NCBI GenBank assembly: GCA_963841565.1
Contig: CAWJCY010000012.1
Location: 192,001-256,000 of the forward strand
Source of the DNA: an uncultured Nitrososphaerales archaeon
GTDB lineage: Archaea; Thermoproteota; Nitrososphaeria; Nitrososphaerales; Nitrososphaeraceae
Reading direction: 5' to 3'
DNA: 64,000 nt
The notes beneath the pieces are model-generated. The model saw nothing but the letters and a program-made list of their open reading frames with translations, was not told the origin of the DNA and made no database searches. Below, piece by piece: positions 30,796 through 41,102 of the stretch. The translations under genes were made by a program, and so were the position numbers. Positions within the stretch are counted from its first letter, which is position 1; each line of letters starts with the position of its first letter.

Positions 30796-32256
30796 TTAAG
30801 TTCTCCTAGTTTTTGCTTTCTTCCCCCCACCAAAGCAGGTCCTAAGGATTAATTTGCCGTATCCTAAAGAGTTTTCATCTACCGATCCCTCATTCATGAT
30901 AATCTTGCCTCTTACTATCGTCGTAACCGGCCAGCCAGTCAAATTCCATCCATCATATATTGTGTAGTCTGAATTTGACAGCAACAGATCCGGGGTCACA
31001 GTTTTCTGCATTTGAAGATCGATAATAGTAAGATCAGCATCTGAGCCGTTCATAATGGTTCCTTTCGAAGGATACATATCAAATATTCTGGCAGTACTAT
31101 AGGAAGTTACCTCTACTAGTCTTTCAAGAGTTATTCTATCCTTATTCACGCCCTCACTTAATAAAACTGGCAGCATCGTTCCCATACCAGGAAATCCAGA
31201 AAGTGCAGTCCAAAGGTCTCCCTTGCCTTCTTTCAATGATAGAGTGTTTGCAACATGATCCGTCCCCACAGTATCAATTATTCCATTCCTCAGACCGTAC
31301 CACATACTTTGCAGGTCTGATTTCGAGCGAAGTGGAGGCACAACTTTTCCCTTAACACTACTAAAATCAGCGGTGTGGGTTAGATAATGTGGGCATGTTT
31401 CCACATAGGTGACTAAATTGCCTCGCTCTTTCTCGCTAATAATTGCATCAAGGGCGACCGTAGAGCCAATATGTGCGAAATATAGCTTAGAATTGTATTT
31501 TCTTCCTAGTTTTGCTATTCTCGAAATACTTACTGATTCTGATATCGGTGGCCTACTATCTGACCACTTTTGGAGATCTGATTCTTTTGGGTCTGATTTA
31601 TCGAGTAGCTTTTGCCTTGAGGTGTTCTCAGCGCAGATAGCTGGATCTTCAGCGTGTATAATTATAGTAGAATTTTTGTGCGAACAACTTTTCAAAATGT
31701 TCTCAATTAGATCATCATTCATGTTTACCTCGCACTCATTCAATTCTGAATTCCCCGGATCTAGGTCCATAAGAATGCGATTATAATCATTCCCTAAATT
31801 CATGTATACTTTGAATGAGCTTATGTTCATATCGTTGATTAGAAATGGAATATCCTTTAGCTGTTCATAAGTTAGAATTGAAGCATGAATCGAATAGTCA
31901 ATGTAATGATTCATGGAACTCATCCGGAATTGGTCGCTCAATTTCCTATAACTCCCATTTAGTCGGAGCATTCGAATTACAGAAGTAATCCCACCAAGTG
32001 CTGCAGACCTTGATTCAGTTCTTGCTGCTTCTTCGATAGGGGTAAAGACACCATAATGAGAATGTGGATCAATTACCCCAGGTATTACATATCTTCCAGA
32101 TGCATCAATCCTATTGGATGCAACTACGTTAGTAGAGTCCTTTCTTAGATCCTTGATCTTTCCATCTTCGATGAGGATATCCAGTTGGAGTACACCTACC
32201 TTGGGTATTACGACTCCCAAAGCACCATAAATTAAGAGATCACAGTCGTTCTCCAA
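30796..32256 (-). CDS. cyclic amidohydrolase (D-hydantoinase/allantoinase/dihydroorotase family)
   Basis: PGVIDPHSH, SFKVYM, IHAE, AHI, ETCPHYL, PPLR, GTDH, GSDADL. Confidence 0.9.
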   Translation of the reverse strand: MENDCDLLIYGALGVVIPKVGVLQLDILIEDGKIKDLRKDSTNVVASNRIDASGRYVIPGVIDPHSHYGVFTPIEEAARTESRSAALGGITSVIRMLRLNGSYRKLSDQFRMSSMNHYIDYSIHASILTYEQLKDIPFLINDMNISSFKVYMNLGNDYNRILMDLDPGNSELNECEVNMNDDLIENILKSCSHKNSTIIIHAEDPAICAENTSRQKLLDKSDPKESDLQKWSDSRPPISESVSISRIAKLGRKYNSKLYFAHIGSTVALDAIISEKERGNLVTYVETCPHYLTHTADFSSVKGKVVPPLRSKSDLQSMWYGLRNGIIDTVGTDHVANTLSLKEGKGDLWTALSGFPGMGTMLPVLLSEGVNKDRITLERLVEVTSYSTARIFDMYPSKGTIMNGSDADLTIIDLQMQKTVTPDLLLSNSDYTIYDGWNLTGWPVTTIVRGKIIMNEGSVDENSLGYGKLILRTCFGGGKKAKTRRT

Positions 32257-32670
32257 ATAACCTGTTTGACATAAAATCTATTAAAAAAGGTTCCTTTTCT
32301 AGCTGCTAAATAGCTTGTTCTGCATGACATGACGAATTATTTTCTATAGTATGGGCTTTCTCTTCTTAGCAAGCAGTGGTGGCAGATCATTTAGTCAGTT
32401 TTCATAAACGGGATGTTCAGGCTAAAGACTAAAAGCTGATGGGAGGGTACACATATTAGATTCCATCTCTTGCCACCAGAAATGTGTGTACTTAAGAAAT
32501 GCCTTTCTGAAATAATGATACAAGGTTATCCTATTGCTAAACTATAATTTATTCCCGTAACAATCGAAAGCTTTCTAGTTGTTGCTTAAAGAAGGGTCAT
32601 CTTTCCATAAGTACATACAGACTCAAGGATGCTAATGTTTATGAGCTTGTTTACATGATACAGGTGATGT

Positions 32671-32919
32671 TTGGATTCGACTCGGCATAAGCAGACGAAA
32701 AAGAAGGAAAGTGAAGGGCTCGATTATGACATGTGTGTTTGCGGTCATGTACGATTCTGGCATTATGGCAAGTGTCTAATGGTGACGTTGGATTACGAAG
32801 ATCATATTTCCACAGAGTATGGGTTCTGTGGATGTGCGGAATTTAGGCAGGTTAAGAAGGATTCTAACCAGACTAAGAAAAAGAAATCAAAAAAAGTTCC
32901 CATTGGCAAAATTGCTTAA
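32671..32919 (+). CDS. small Cys/His-rich basic protein
   Basis: CVCGH...H..KC...CGC.EF putative zinc-binding pattern, Lys-rich ends. Confidence 0.65.
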   Translation: MDSTRHKQTKKKESEGLDYDMCVCGHVRFWHYGKCLMVTLDYEDHISTEYGFCGCAEFRQVKKDSNQTKKKKSKKVPIGKIA

Positions 32920-33316
32920 GATGGAATTAATAGTCGTAACAGCCAAGCTCTCTGACTCAAAAATTGCCAAACAATAAGACGAGTCATCATAAGCGCTTCA
33001 AGAATCTGATCATTTATTCAAAGGTGCTTGGAGCTATGTAGATAGTAGTAAACGCTGATCTGAAGGTTGCTTTTTTGCCATGGTAGTCTTTTCTAAATGA
33101 AGATGTTCCTGACCGTATCTTTGATTGCGGGCATTACTTGGAATACTATCTCAACTCTCTGGCACCTGCGTGCACCCTATTTAAACGATTATGCGATTTT
33201 GTTCCCGATGAGTTATGTTTTGCTAGTTGAAACCCCTAACTAGACCGTAGCACTGGTATTTTATGTAAGATTCATTTTGGGTATCAAGTACATCTGAAAG
33301 GATTTTAAAGGTTTCA

Positions 33317-34231
33317 TTGCTCTCTGTTTATATATCGACCGAATTTATTGGACAAGTTGTATTGAATATTGATAGATTTCCCCTAGCAAATGTTACGTCT
33401 ATGAATGAAGCAGAGATCGCTTTAGTACTTGTTGCTGACGAGAGTAAATCATTGGCACCTAGAAAAGGGACCGAGCAAGGTCCTAAAGCAATGAGATACG
33501 CATTTGAAAATTCTGAAGTATTCAAAAGGGAAGGTAAAACTATCTTAATATGCCCAATGCGTAACAATTACCTTAATAAGAGAATTTTAGATACAGGATT
33601 TACTAGTAGAAATGATTTATATTCATTAATCTGCGAACTTGTACAAAACAAAATCGTCCCAGTTGTAATTGGAGGAGATCATTCTGTTACCACAATAGCA
33701 ATTGATGCGATTTCTTCAACATTGGGTAAGATTGGTTTAATATATTTTGACGCTCATCCCGATTTTGTATCCTCTAAGACAGACTATTATGGATCAGTTA
33801 TAACTGACTCACTTGGCAGACTTGATAGGGGGAATGTTACTTTTGTAGGAACTAGAGCTGCTGAAGTAGAGGAGGTTGAGAATATTCAACGGAGCGGCTT
33901 TCAAGTTGTTTCCCCGCTGGATATAGTAGAGGAAGGCATTAACAAAACAATCGACAAGATTCGCACAAGAAATACATCCAGAAAATATGTGTCAATTGAC
34001 CTCGACTGCCTTGATCCTGCATTCGCTCCAGGGGTATCTGTCCCTACGCCATGTGGGCTTACAAGCGTGGAGCTAACTTGCCTGGTTAAGCATGCAGTGA
34101 GTTCAGGGATAGTAGGTATGGACATCGTCGAACTTTGTCCCAAGTATGATATTAACGATATGACTGCGTCCCTAGCAGCTAGATTGCTTTCAGAATCCGT
34201 GGCTTCTATGAGATCAGGTTATTTGAGCTAA
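33317..34231 (+). CDS. ureohydrolase (agmatinase/arginase family)
   Basis: GP.AMR, GGDHS, FDAHPD, SIDLDCLDPAFAPG, DIVE. Confidence 0.9.
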   Translation: MLSVYISTEFIGQVVLNIDRFPLANVTSMNEAEIALVLVADESKSLAPRKGTEQGPKAMRYAFENSEVFKREGKTILICPMRNNYLNKRILDTGFTSRNDLYSLICELVQNKIVPVVIGGDHSVTTIAIDAISSTLGKIGLIYFDAHPDFVSSKTDYYGSVITDSLGRLDRGNVTFVGTRAAEVEEVENIQRSGFQVVSPLDIVEEGINKTIDKIRTRNTSRKYVSIDLDCLDPAFAPGVSVPTPCGLTSVELTCLVKHAVSSGIVGMDIVELCPKYDINDMTASLAARLLSESVASMRSGYLS

Positions 34232-34247
34232 TCCTGGAGAATATTCT

Positions 34248-34979
34248 TTGGAAATAAGAATGGATACAAATCAATTTACTTTAGTGAAACTTTCTAATGG
34301 AATTAATGCAAATGTAGAGATAGTCAGAAGCAATAGGACAAAACGCATTTCTCTTAAAGCAAACCGACACGGAATTTATGTTATAGTTCCAAATTTAACG
34401 AGTCACCATGAGATCATAACTTTTATTGAGTCAAAAAAAGAATGGATTTTTAAATCTGTTACTTATTTTGAGAAGGTTACTAGAGGTTTAGACCCCATGC
34501 TAATTCAACCAGGGAAGGTACTTTTCCTAGGAACGCCATATGATATTCAACTAGTAAAGGACAAGCTCTGCTATGTTATTCTGTCTGAAAGTCTAAAAAG
34601 GATTACAGTGCACAGTCCAAATGGCAATAAAAGGAAAAAGGTAATCATTGAATTCTATCGTCAACACACATCTAGAATTCTTGATGAACGAATAGGAGTA
34701 TTAACCTCAAAACTAAACTTAAATTTCAATCGGATCTCAATAAAATATCATAGGTCCAGATGGGGGAGTTGTTCCTTAAAAAAGAATTTGAACTTTAATG
34801 TGATGCTGTCTGCTTTACCAAAGGATGTTATTGATTATGTAATTGTCCACGAATTACTGCACTTGTTAGAGCTCAATCATTCCAAGAGATTTTGGGAATT
34901 AGTCAGGTTAAATCGCCCAACATACGAGGACGATCGAAAATGGTTGCGAATGTATGGCCCATTTATCACCCTACCCTGA
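34248..34979 (+). CDS. YgjP/DUF45 family zinc metallopeptidase-like protein
   Basis: SRWGSCS, YVIVHELLHL, NHSKRFW. Confidence 0.9.
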   Translation: MEIRMDTNQFTLVKLSNGINANVEIVRSNRTKRISLKANRHGIYVIVPNLTSHHEIITFIESKKEWIFKSVTYFEKVTRGLDPMLIQPGKVLFLGTPYDIQLVKDKLCYVILSESLKRITVHSPNGNKRKKVIIEFYRQHTSRILDERIGVLTSKLNLNFNRISIKYHRSRWGSCSLKKNLNFNVMLSALPKDVIDYVIVHELLHLLELNHSKRFWELVRLNRPTYEDDRKWLRMYGPFITLP

Positions 34980-35122
34980 AGGTGTTTTGAGAAAATACCA
35001 CCGAGTTCGAACAAAATCTATCTACCTACCTTATTGCGATAACTTAATTTGACACAAATAACTATAATTATCAACCGATAAACATACCACGTGTGTTTAT
35101 TTGTATAGGATAATTCAAGCAT

Positions 35123-35368
35123 ATGATAAAAGTCTACGAGATCCATCGATATTTAAACGACCAGTTCCAATATGTCGTGGCACGCACTCACAAATATACT
35201 GAGGAAAAAGTGCACCAGGACGTCAAGCGGATGAATGAAATGTTGAGTGCAGAACTTAGGGAAAGTGGTGTTAGATATGTTTTTGCAGTCGAAGACATGT
35301 CAGCGTCAACCAAGAAAACCTCTACCAGGTACTTGCACCAACAAAGTAAGAATCCCTGGGCCAGGTAA
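35123..35368 (+). CDS. hypothetical protein
   Basis: 81-aa ATG ORF about 25 nt after TTTATTT; no recognisable motif. Confidence 0.6.
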   Translation: MIKVYEIHRYLNDQFQYVVARTHKYTEEKVHQDVKRMNEMLSAELRESGVRYVFAVEDMSASTKKTSTRYLHQQSKNPWAR

Positions 35369-35442
35369 GACATTTTATGGAGTTCAATACGATTAAGAGA
35401 ATACGTAGGCATAAGTAAGGTGAGGCATAATGACGACCAGTA

Positions 35443-36273
35443 ATGAATCTGATCCTTTCTGTAAAGGAATTAAACCGAACGTTGCATGATTCCAATTTCT
35501 CAGGAAAAACTATCATAGTTGATACGAGACCCCTCCCCGATTATCTTGATGGACACATTCCGGGCGCCATTAACATGGATTTAATGCAGTTCCATTGGAT
35601 CGACACATCTGGAATTGGAATAAGACAATTCAACCGGCAGATGAGCATTTTGTTTTCGTACCTGGGTCTGGCTGACATAAAAAAATTTGCTATATTCTAT
35701 GACAATCTATCAGGCCCTTCTGCATCACGAGGGGTATGGCTATCACACTATTTTTCACAGTTGAATGCTTCTATACTAGATGGCGGTCTGGGAGAATGGA
35801 AGGCGGAAGGCCTTGAAATTGAAAAAGAAACCAACGCTTTTCCCCATTCAAAACTAAGAACAACCGCAAATTCAGAAGTGCTAGCAGATTTGAAATTGGT
35901 AAAGTCTTCGATAGTGCAAACGTCAGGCAAGAAATATGCTTTATTAGATTGTAGGTCTGAGCAAGAATTCGATGGAAGAGTAGTACGTGCTCTAAAAAGA
36001 GGTCATATACCTCGCGCGATTAACATGGACTGGGCGCTTAATATAGATAAGGAGAACAATGGCAAATTTAAGAGTATTTCAGAATTGGCTGAAACATATT
36101 CTGGGATATCAAAATCCGACGAAGTAATTACTTACTGTCAGGGCGGCTACAGGGCTGCAAATACCTTCATTGTGCTGAAGATGTTAAGATACGAAAAAGT
36201 GAGAATGTACCTAGGTTCGTGGGGAGAATGGGGAAACAAGCCTGATCTCCCGGTAGAAAAAAGCAATTTGTAA
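35443..36273 (+). CDS. tandem-rhodanese sulfurtransferase
   Basis: GHIPGA, ILDGG, GHIP, active-site YCQGGYRA, YLGSWGEW. Confidence 0.92.
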   Translation: MNLILSVKELNRTLHDSNFSGKTIIVDTRPLPDYLDGHIPGAINMDLMQFHWIDTSGIGIRQFNRQMSILFSYLGLADIKKFAIFYDNLSGPSASRGVWLSHYFSQLNASILDGGLGEWKAEGLEIEKETNAFPHSKLRTTANSEVLADLKLVKSSIVQTSGKKYALLDCRSEQEFDGRVVRALKRGHIPRAINMDWALNIDKENNGKFKSISELAETYSGISKSDEVITYCQGGYRAANTFIVLKMLRYEKVRMYLGSWGEWGNKPDLPVEKSNL

Positions 36274-36458
36274 AATATGCTTTGCATCATTTAATTTATT
36301 GTCTTCGTCGGGGCTGAAATAGTAGCACTCTTTCATTATTAGAAAAATTATGCGGAAGATCGGTGGTGTAGAACGACAATATTCGAATCTAACATTGGCT
36401 AGGCTCTGCGGACTGGAGTCAAAAGTATAAAAATGATAGCCATCAATCTGATAAATCG

Positions 36459-36875
36459 ATGACCGATAATAATTTGTTTAAACGCTTCTGTGACAAAGTA
36501 GTAACTCTTGATAAATCAATTAGATTTATTGGAATTGCTGACGGCCATGGGAGACTACTAGCAACTGCCGAAAGGAAGGGAATAATACCATTATTGAACA
36601 TGCAAGAAACTGAACAGTACGCCATCACCGCCGCTACTAGACAATATACTCGGGTTAGATGGCAACAGCTCTTAGGAAAAATATTCTATACCTGTTCTCA
36701 CTACGACAAATTGTTGAGGGTCACCATACCCATTACCGATGAACACAATCATCTCCGATACGTTATAATCTTCACATTTGATGTCGACACAGAGAACTTC
36801 CACGATATAACTATGAAAAAGATTATACCTTTGATCCGTAGAAACCGCAAGAAACTCTTAGAAAGCGCAGCCTAG
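36459..36875 (+). CDS. DUF6659-like thaumarchaeal small domain protein
   Basis: IRFIGIAD..GRLL....R.GI.PLL...E...LGKI.Y...YDKL.R.TIP pattern, shared with the C-terminus of 58849..59799. Confidence 0.7.
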   Translation: MTDNNLFKRFCDKVVTLDKSIRFIGIADGHGRLLATAERKGIIPLLNMQETEQYAITAATRQYTRVRWQQLLGKIFYTCSHYDKLLRVTIPITDEHNHLRYVIIFTFDVDTENFHDITMKKIIPLIRRNRKKLLESAA

Positions 36876-36940
36876 TCCTCTCAACCTCAATTTCAATGAC
36901 ACTAGATATGATATATCATGGCCGCTAGTGAGCCAAATCG

Positions 36941-37891
36941 CTAGGAGAGAGGATTCTTGTTTACAATTTCATCTAAGCACTGAACTATATCTTCCCTACT
37001 AACAGGTATTGGATTGTTATCCAGGTGTCCTCGATCAGGCATAATAACATCTGCAGCGTCCTCAAACCCCTGCTTCAGCTTGAGCGGTTCAAAATTTAAT
37101 TTCTTGCAGATTTTCTTAAATCTTTCATAATAGATTGACTTGTTGAATCTATGCGCCACTGTTGTACAGGATGATAATGAGTAACCATGGGGCACTCCTT
37201 CGTTCGAGAATACATAAGATAACGCATGTCCCAAAGTGGTCGACGAATTACCAAACCCAATTCCTGATAGCATCGCACCATATGGTAATAATTGTGGTTT
37301 ATCGTTAATTATTGCGTCCTCCAATACATCGAAGGCCTCCTTACAAAAGAGCTTGGTTAACGGATTACCTAATTTGCTATCATATCCCTCCGACGCTTGA
37401 GCTGCTGCATCGCAAGCAGAGTTTCTCATAATGTTATAGGGCGTACCAGGCAAGAAATATGGATCTACTACTGCGGCATCAGCAAGAAAAGCCTCGTCTT
37501 GAAGTAGTTTCTTCTTATGTTCGAAACTTATTACGGCGTAGGTTGTCATTTCAGCACCCGTGCCGAATGTAGTTGGTATAAGAATTTTTGGAATACCGGT
37601 CAACTTACCCAAATATTTACACACATCCATAGAGCTTCCCCCGCCCAAGCCAATATAAGCAGAAATCTTCCTTCCTTCGTAAATCTTCTTTAAGGCTTCA
37701 ACGCTTTCTATTGATGGATCGGGTGTCACCTTATCGTATACCTCATATTCTTTGATGCCCATGTAATCCAACCATTTTTCGTATATGTCTGGGGTAGTAG
37801 TTGTTATAACTAGAGAATCTTTAGGGTAGTCGAATTCTTTTGCAGCATTTTCACCAAAAGCAATTTTTCTTGGCATCATAACCTTCCACAT
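36941..37891 (-). CDS. iron-containing alcohol dehydrogenase family
   Basis: GLGGGSSMD, IPTTFGTGAE, GHALS, PHG. Confidence 0.9.
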   Translation of the reverse strand: MWKVMMPRKIAFGENAAKEFDYPKDSLVITTTTPDIYEKWLDYMGIKEYEVYDKVTPDPSIESVEALKKIYEGRKISAYIGLGGGSSMDVCKYLGKLTGIPKILIPTTFGTGAEMTTYAVISFEHKKKLLQDEAFLADAAVVDPYFLPGTPYNIMRNSACDAAAQASEGYDSKLGNPLTKLFCKEAFDVLEDAIINDKPQLLPYGAMLSGIGFGNSSTTLGHALSYVFSNEGVPHGYSLSSCTTVAHRFNKSIYYERFKKICKKLNFEPLKLKQGFEDAADVIMPDRGHLDNNPIPVSREDIVQCLDEIVNKNPLS

Positions 37892-38223
37892 AAGTGTTTG
37901 AGGTAACAGTTACCAGTATTATATTTTACTAAATGTCTCTTTCAGGATGGGAAATGAGATTTCAGCTAGCTCCCATTGCTGGTGCTGCTATTTCATTATT
38001 TGAGGCCAGTAAGACTCTCAAGCCAGCTGAAAGATCGAGATCAGACAATAAGGTTCTGAAAAAGGAATACGCTATCTTGTTATTAATCTCGTCTTGCCCA
38101 ATTGACAGCAGGTAAAAGAATTGGAAGTCATTTGCTTTAAGTCCCTTCTTATCATATCACAAACATAGCAAATACTGGTGCAGATTCACTCCGAATTGAT
38201 GCTGACCTGTAAATTCTGTCATA

Positions 38224-38691
38224 CTAAGTTTTACCAAGAGTGCTAGTGATTTCTTTTCTTGCGGCCGGAGAAGGTAATTGAAATGCGTACACCGTTACCA
38301 AAATTAACATAGAGAACAATGTCATGCCTATGGCGAAGTGTATTGTAACTAAGAGAGCATGCAGCCTTTCAACGATCACTGCTCCACCCAAGGCGATCTG
38401 ACCCAACACTAACCCAGCTGCGATTACGGCAGCAAGTTTCATACCTCTTTTCGACGATTTTGACTTTAATGTAAAGAACATTGTTATGATTACAAGTATT
38501 CCAGTAGTGGCTGCTAGCGTCCTGTGCATATATTCTATCAAGAATTCACCCATCGGTACCAATCCTGCTGGACAGAGGGGCCAATCAGGACAAGAGAGGC
38601 CAACCCCAGAAGCACTAACGTATCCGCCAAAGAAAATCAGAGTAAACAGGCAAGAAAGAGTGCCAAAGGAAAGATACTGTAGTGAATTCAT
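38224..38691 (-). CDS. ctaA: short (4-TM) heme A synthase, COX15/CtaA family
   Basis: GLSCPDWPLC, EYMHR, H in fourth TM; end of the cox operon. Confidence 0.88.
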   Translation of the reverse strand: MNSLQYLSFGTLSCLFTLIFFGGYVSASGVGLSCPDWPLCPAGLVPMGEFLIEYMHRTLAATTGILVIITMFFTLKSKSSKRGMKLAAVIAAGLVLGQIALGGAVIVERLHALLVTIHFAIGMTLFSMLILVTVYAFQLPSPAARKEITSTLGKT

Positions 38692-38695
38692 CTTT

Positions 38696-39610
38696 TCACG
38701 ATACTTTCAGATTACCCAACATGTACGGGTGTACCGAACAGTAAAATGGATAATCTCCGGCTGCAAGATTGGCTGTATCTATCTGTGCAGTTGCGCCTGC
38801 ATCTATAATGCTTGTGTCAAACTGACTTCCCGATTCAGGATCTTCTGGTCCAGAACCACTTGTAGCTGTGTGAGGAACTGTGTCTTGATTTGATACCTCT
38901 ACTACGTCTCCTGCGGTCACTGTTAACGGATCTGGATCATAGGCCGGGTTCCCTTGTACTGATGCACCTTCTGGAATGGTAAGGGTTGCACCCGCAGCTT
39001 CGGCTCCCCCGCCTGCCGCCGGAGCGGCCGGAGCAGCCGCAGAACCCTCAGCACTTGCAGCGGTAACTGTAAGAGAACTTGTCATGTATGGATGAACCTG
39101 ACAATAATACGCTATTTCATCTCCCTCAGCAGCACCAGCTAGTTCAATGGGTGCTGAGCTTTCACCATTATTTATGATACCGGTATCGAAAGTTTGTCCA
39201 GAATTGGCGTCCTCTGGACCACTTCCAGAGGTCGCTGTATGAGGAACAGAATCGGCATTTTCCCATACAACTTTGGTATTCAGTGGTACTTGCGCGTCAT
39301 CAGGATCATAGTCAGGATTCCCTTGCACTGATGCCCCTGAAGGTATGGTTATTTTCATCGCGCCTGCAGGTACTGGAGTTTCGGCTTCTTCTGCCGCCGG
39401 AAGTCCTCCTCCTTCGCTAACACCTGCCGGGGAAGGCTCCTCAGTCTGAATTGTAGTAACCAGAGGTGGATACTTTGTCATGTTGGTCCAATTTGGCACA
39501 GCAATAGCGGCACCTACTGCCATAACTACGACCAGGATGGCCATTCCCTTAGCTAATCTCCGAGGAGATGTCCTAATGATGGATTGGTGGTTCTCGTCTT
39601 CTGTAGTCAT
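38696..39610 (-). CDS. membrane-anchored double cupredoxin (two type-1 Cu domains)
   Basis: N-terminal TM; two PHTATS...YC(Q/S)VHPYM ligand sets. Confidence 0.9.
   Translation of the reverse strand: MTTEDENHQSIIRTSPRRLAKGMAILVVVMAVGAAIAVPNWTNMTKYPPLVTTIQTEEPSPAGVSEGGGLPAAEEAETPVPAGAMKITIPSGASVQGNPDYDPDDAQVPLNTKVVWENADSVPHTATSGSGPEDANSGQTFDTGIINNGESSAPIELAGAAEGDEIAYYCQVHPYMTSSLTVTAASAEGSAAAPAAPAAGGGAEAAGATLTIPEGASVQGNPAYDPDPLTVTAGDVVEVSNQDTVPHTATSGSGPEDPESGSQFDTSIIDAGATAQIDTANLAAGDYPFYCSVHPYMLGNLKVS
38720..38986. repeat. 267-bp direct repeat copy 1 (cupredoxin domain)
   Basis: Ungapped, highly similar to 41473..41739, with differences mostly at third codon positions. Confidence 0.9.
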
Positions 39611-41102
39611 AATACTCTTCTCCTATCTTGAACGGATCTTCCATATCGGCTGGTTTCCCTTTGGCTGCGCTTCGTAGCATATTAATGACCATTATTACGT
39701 ATGATATACCGACGGTAAATGCTCCAATTGTAGCAATCTGGTTCATCATAACTAATTCTGGAGAATCAACATAGTCATAGACTCTCCTTGGCATGCCGTA
39801 TAGCCCAAGCAGGTGTTGTGTAATGAACACGAATATTACTCCAACAAATGCTAATGCGAAGTGAATTTTGGCCCATTTCTCGTTATACATTCGTCCAGTT
39901 ATTAGCGGGAAAAGGTAGTACAGAAAGCCGGTGAGTCCAAGGGATACCGTTCCCATTAGCATTAGGTGGAAGTGACCAACCACCCAATAACTATCATGAG
40001 TGATAAAATCGAGCGGCATCTGAGTATTGACAACGCCACCAGCTCCTGAAGCGAAAAACAGCATTATTGCTCCAACAGCAAACAACATGGGTGCGGCAAA
40101 TTTTATTCTCCCGCCCCACATAGTAGCAAGCCAATTAAAGACATGCATAGCTGACGCTGGAACAGCAGCAAGTGTTCCTACCATGAAAACGGTTTTCTCA
40201 GTGAAACTCATTCCTACTGCGAACATATGGTGGGCCCACGACGCAAAGCCTATTATGCCAAGTAACACGAACGCTGTAACCCCCGACTGGTAGCTAAAGA
40301 TGGGTTTTCTGGAAAATTTGGGGATGGTCTCATATAGCATTCCTACGGCAGGAATTAGGAAGATGTACACTTCTGGATGGAACGTAAACCAGAATAGATG
40401 CTGGTAAGCTATAGGATCCCCGCCCATTTCAGGATTGAAGAACCCAGAGATCCCAAGCCTATCTGTATACAACATTATCAAGGCTGCCGCAAAGGTTGGA
40501 GTTGCAACGATAATCATAAGAGAAGTAATGAGGATGGACCAAGAAAACAAAGGCATCTTCATGAGAGGAAGATCAGGATGTTTACATCTCAGGATGGTAA
40601 CAACGAAATTCACAGCTCCTAAGACGGAAGAAATGCCTAAGATCTTTGCGCCAAATATCCAAAGGTCTGCAGCTGGCCCAGGTGCTCTAATAGTAGAATA
40701 AGGTGGGTAAGCGGTCCAGCCTGTATCCGAAAAACCAATCCATATCATAGCGGCTGCCACAGGTATCATCCAGAATGCCACGGCATTAAGTTTTGGCCAT
40801 GCCATATCGTGATACCTTACCATTATTGGTATCAGATAATTTCCAACTCCTGAACCAAAAGGCAATATCCATAGGAATAGCATGTTCGTACCATGAACAG
40901 TAAATATTCTATGAAAGTCGGTCGAGCTTGGAATTATTTGAGCGCCTGGCAGCCACAACTCGGCCCTTAATGCCATGGCCAAAGCACCACCCATCATAAG
41001 AAAAGCAATAGAGGATACAATATACAACAACCCGATATCGGTGTGATGAGTTGAAAAGAGGATTTCCCAGAGAGGACGTGGTTTTTTAACTTCTAATACC
41101 AA
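39573..41102 (-). CDS. coxA: heme-copper (cytochrome c) oxidase subunit I
   Basis: HTDIG, TVHG, WFTFHPEVY, WAHHM, GHFH, GMPRR; likely start TTG 41102 (ORF extends to 41135). Confidence 0.96.
   Translation of the reverse strand: MVLEVKKPRPLWEILFSTHHTDIGLLYIVSSIAFLMMGGALAMALRAELWLPGAQIIPSSTDFHRIFTVHGTNMLFLWILPFGSGVGNYLIPIMVRYHDMAWPKLNAVAFWMIPVAAAMIWIGFSDTGWTAYPPYSTIRAPGPAADLWIFGAKILGISSVLGAVNFVVTILRCKHPDLPLMKMPLFSWSILITSLMIIVATPTFAAALIMLYTDRLGISGFFNPEMGGDPIAYQHLFWFTFHPEVYIFLIPAVGMLYETIPKFSRKPIFSYQSGVTAFVLLGIIGFASWAHHMFAVGMSFTEKTVFMVGTLAAVPASAMHVFNWLATMWGGRIKFAAPMLFAVGAIMLFFASGAGGVVNTQMPLDFITHDSYWVVGHFHLMLMGTVSLGLTGFLYYLFPLITGRMYNEKWAKIHFALAFVGVIFVFITQHLLGLYGMPRRVYDYVDSPELVMMNQIATIGAFTVGISYVIMVINMLRSAAKGKPADMEDPFKIGEEYYDYRRREPPIHH

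Noticed and set aside
32430-32485. Hammerhead or HDV-like ribozyme assignment
   Set aside because: CTGATGG replaces CUGAUGA and no GAAA precedes the closing stem; the pseudoknot order does not fit HDV
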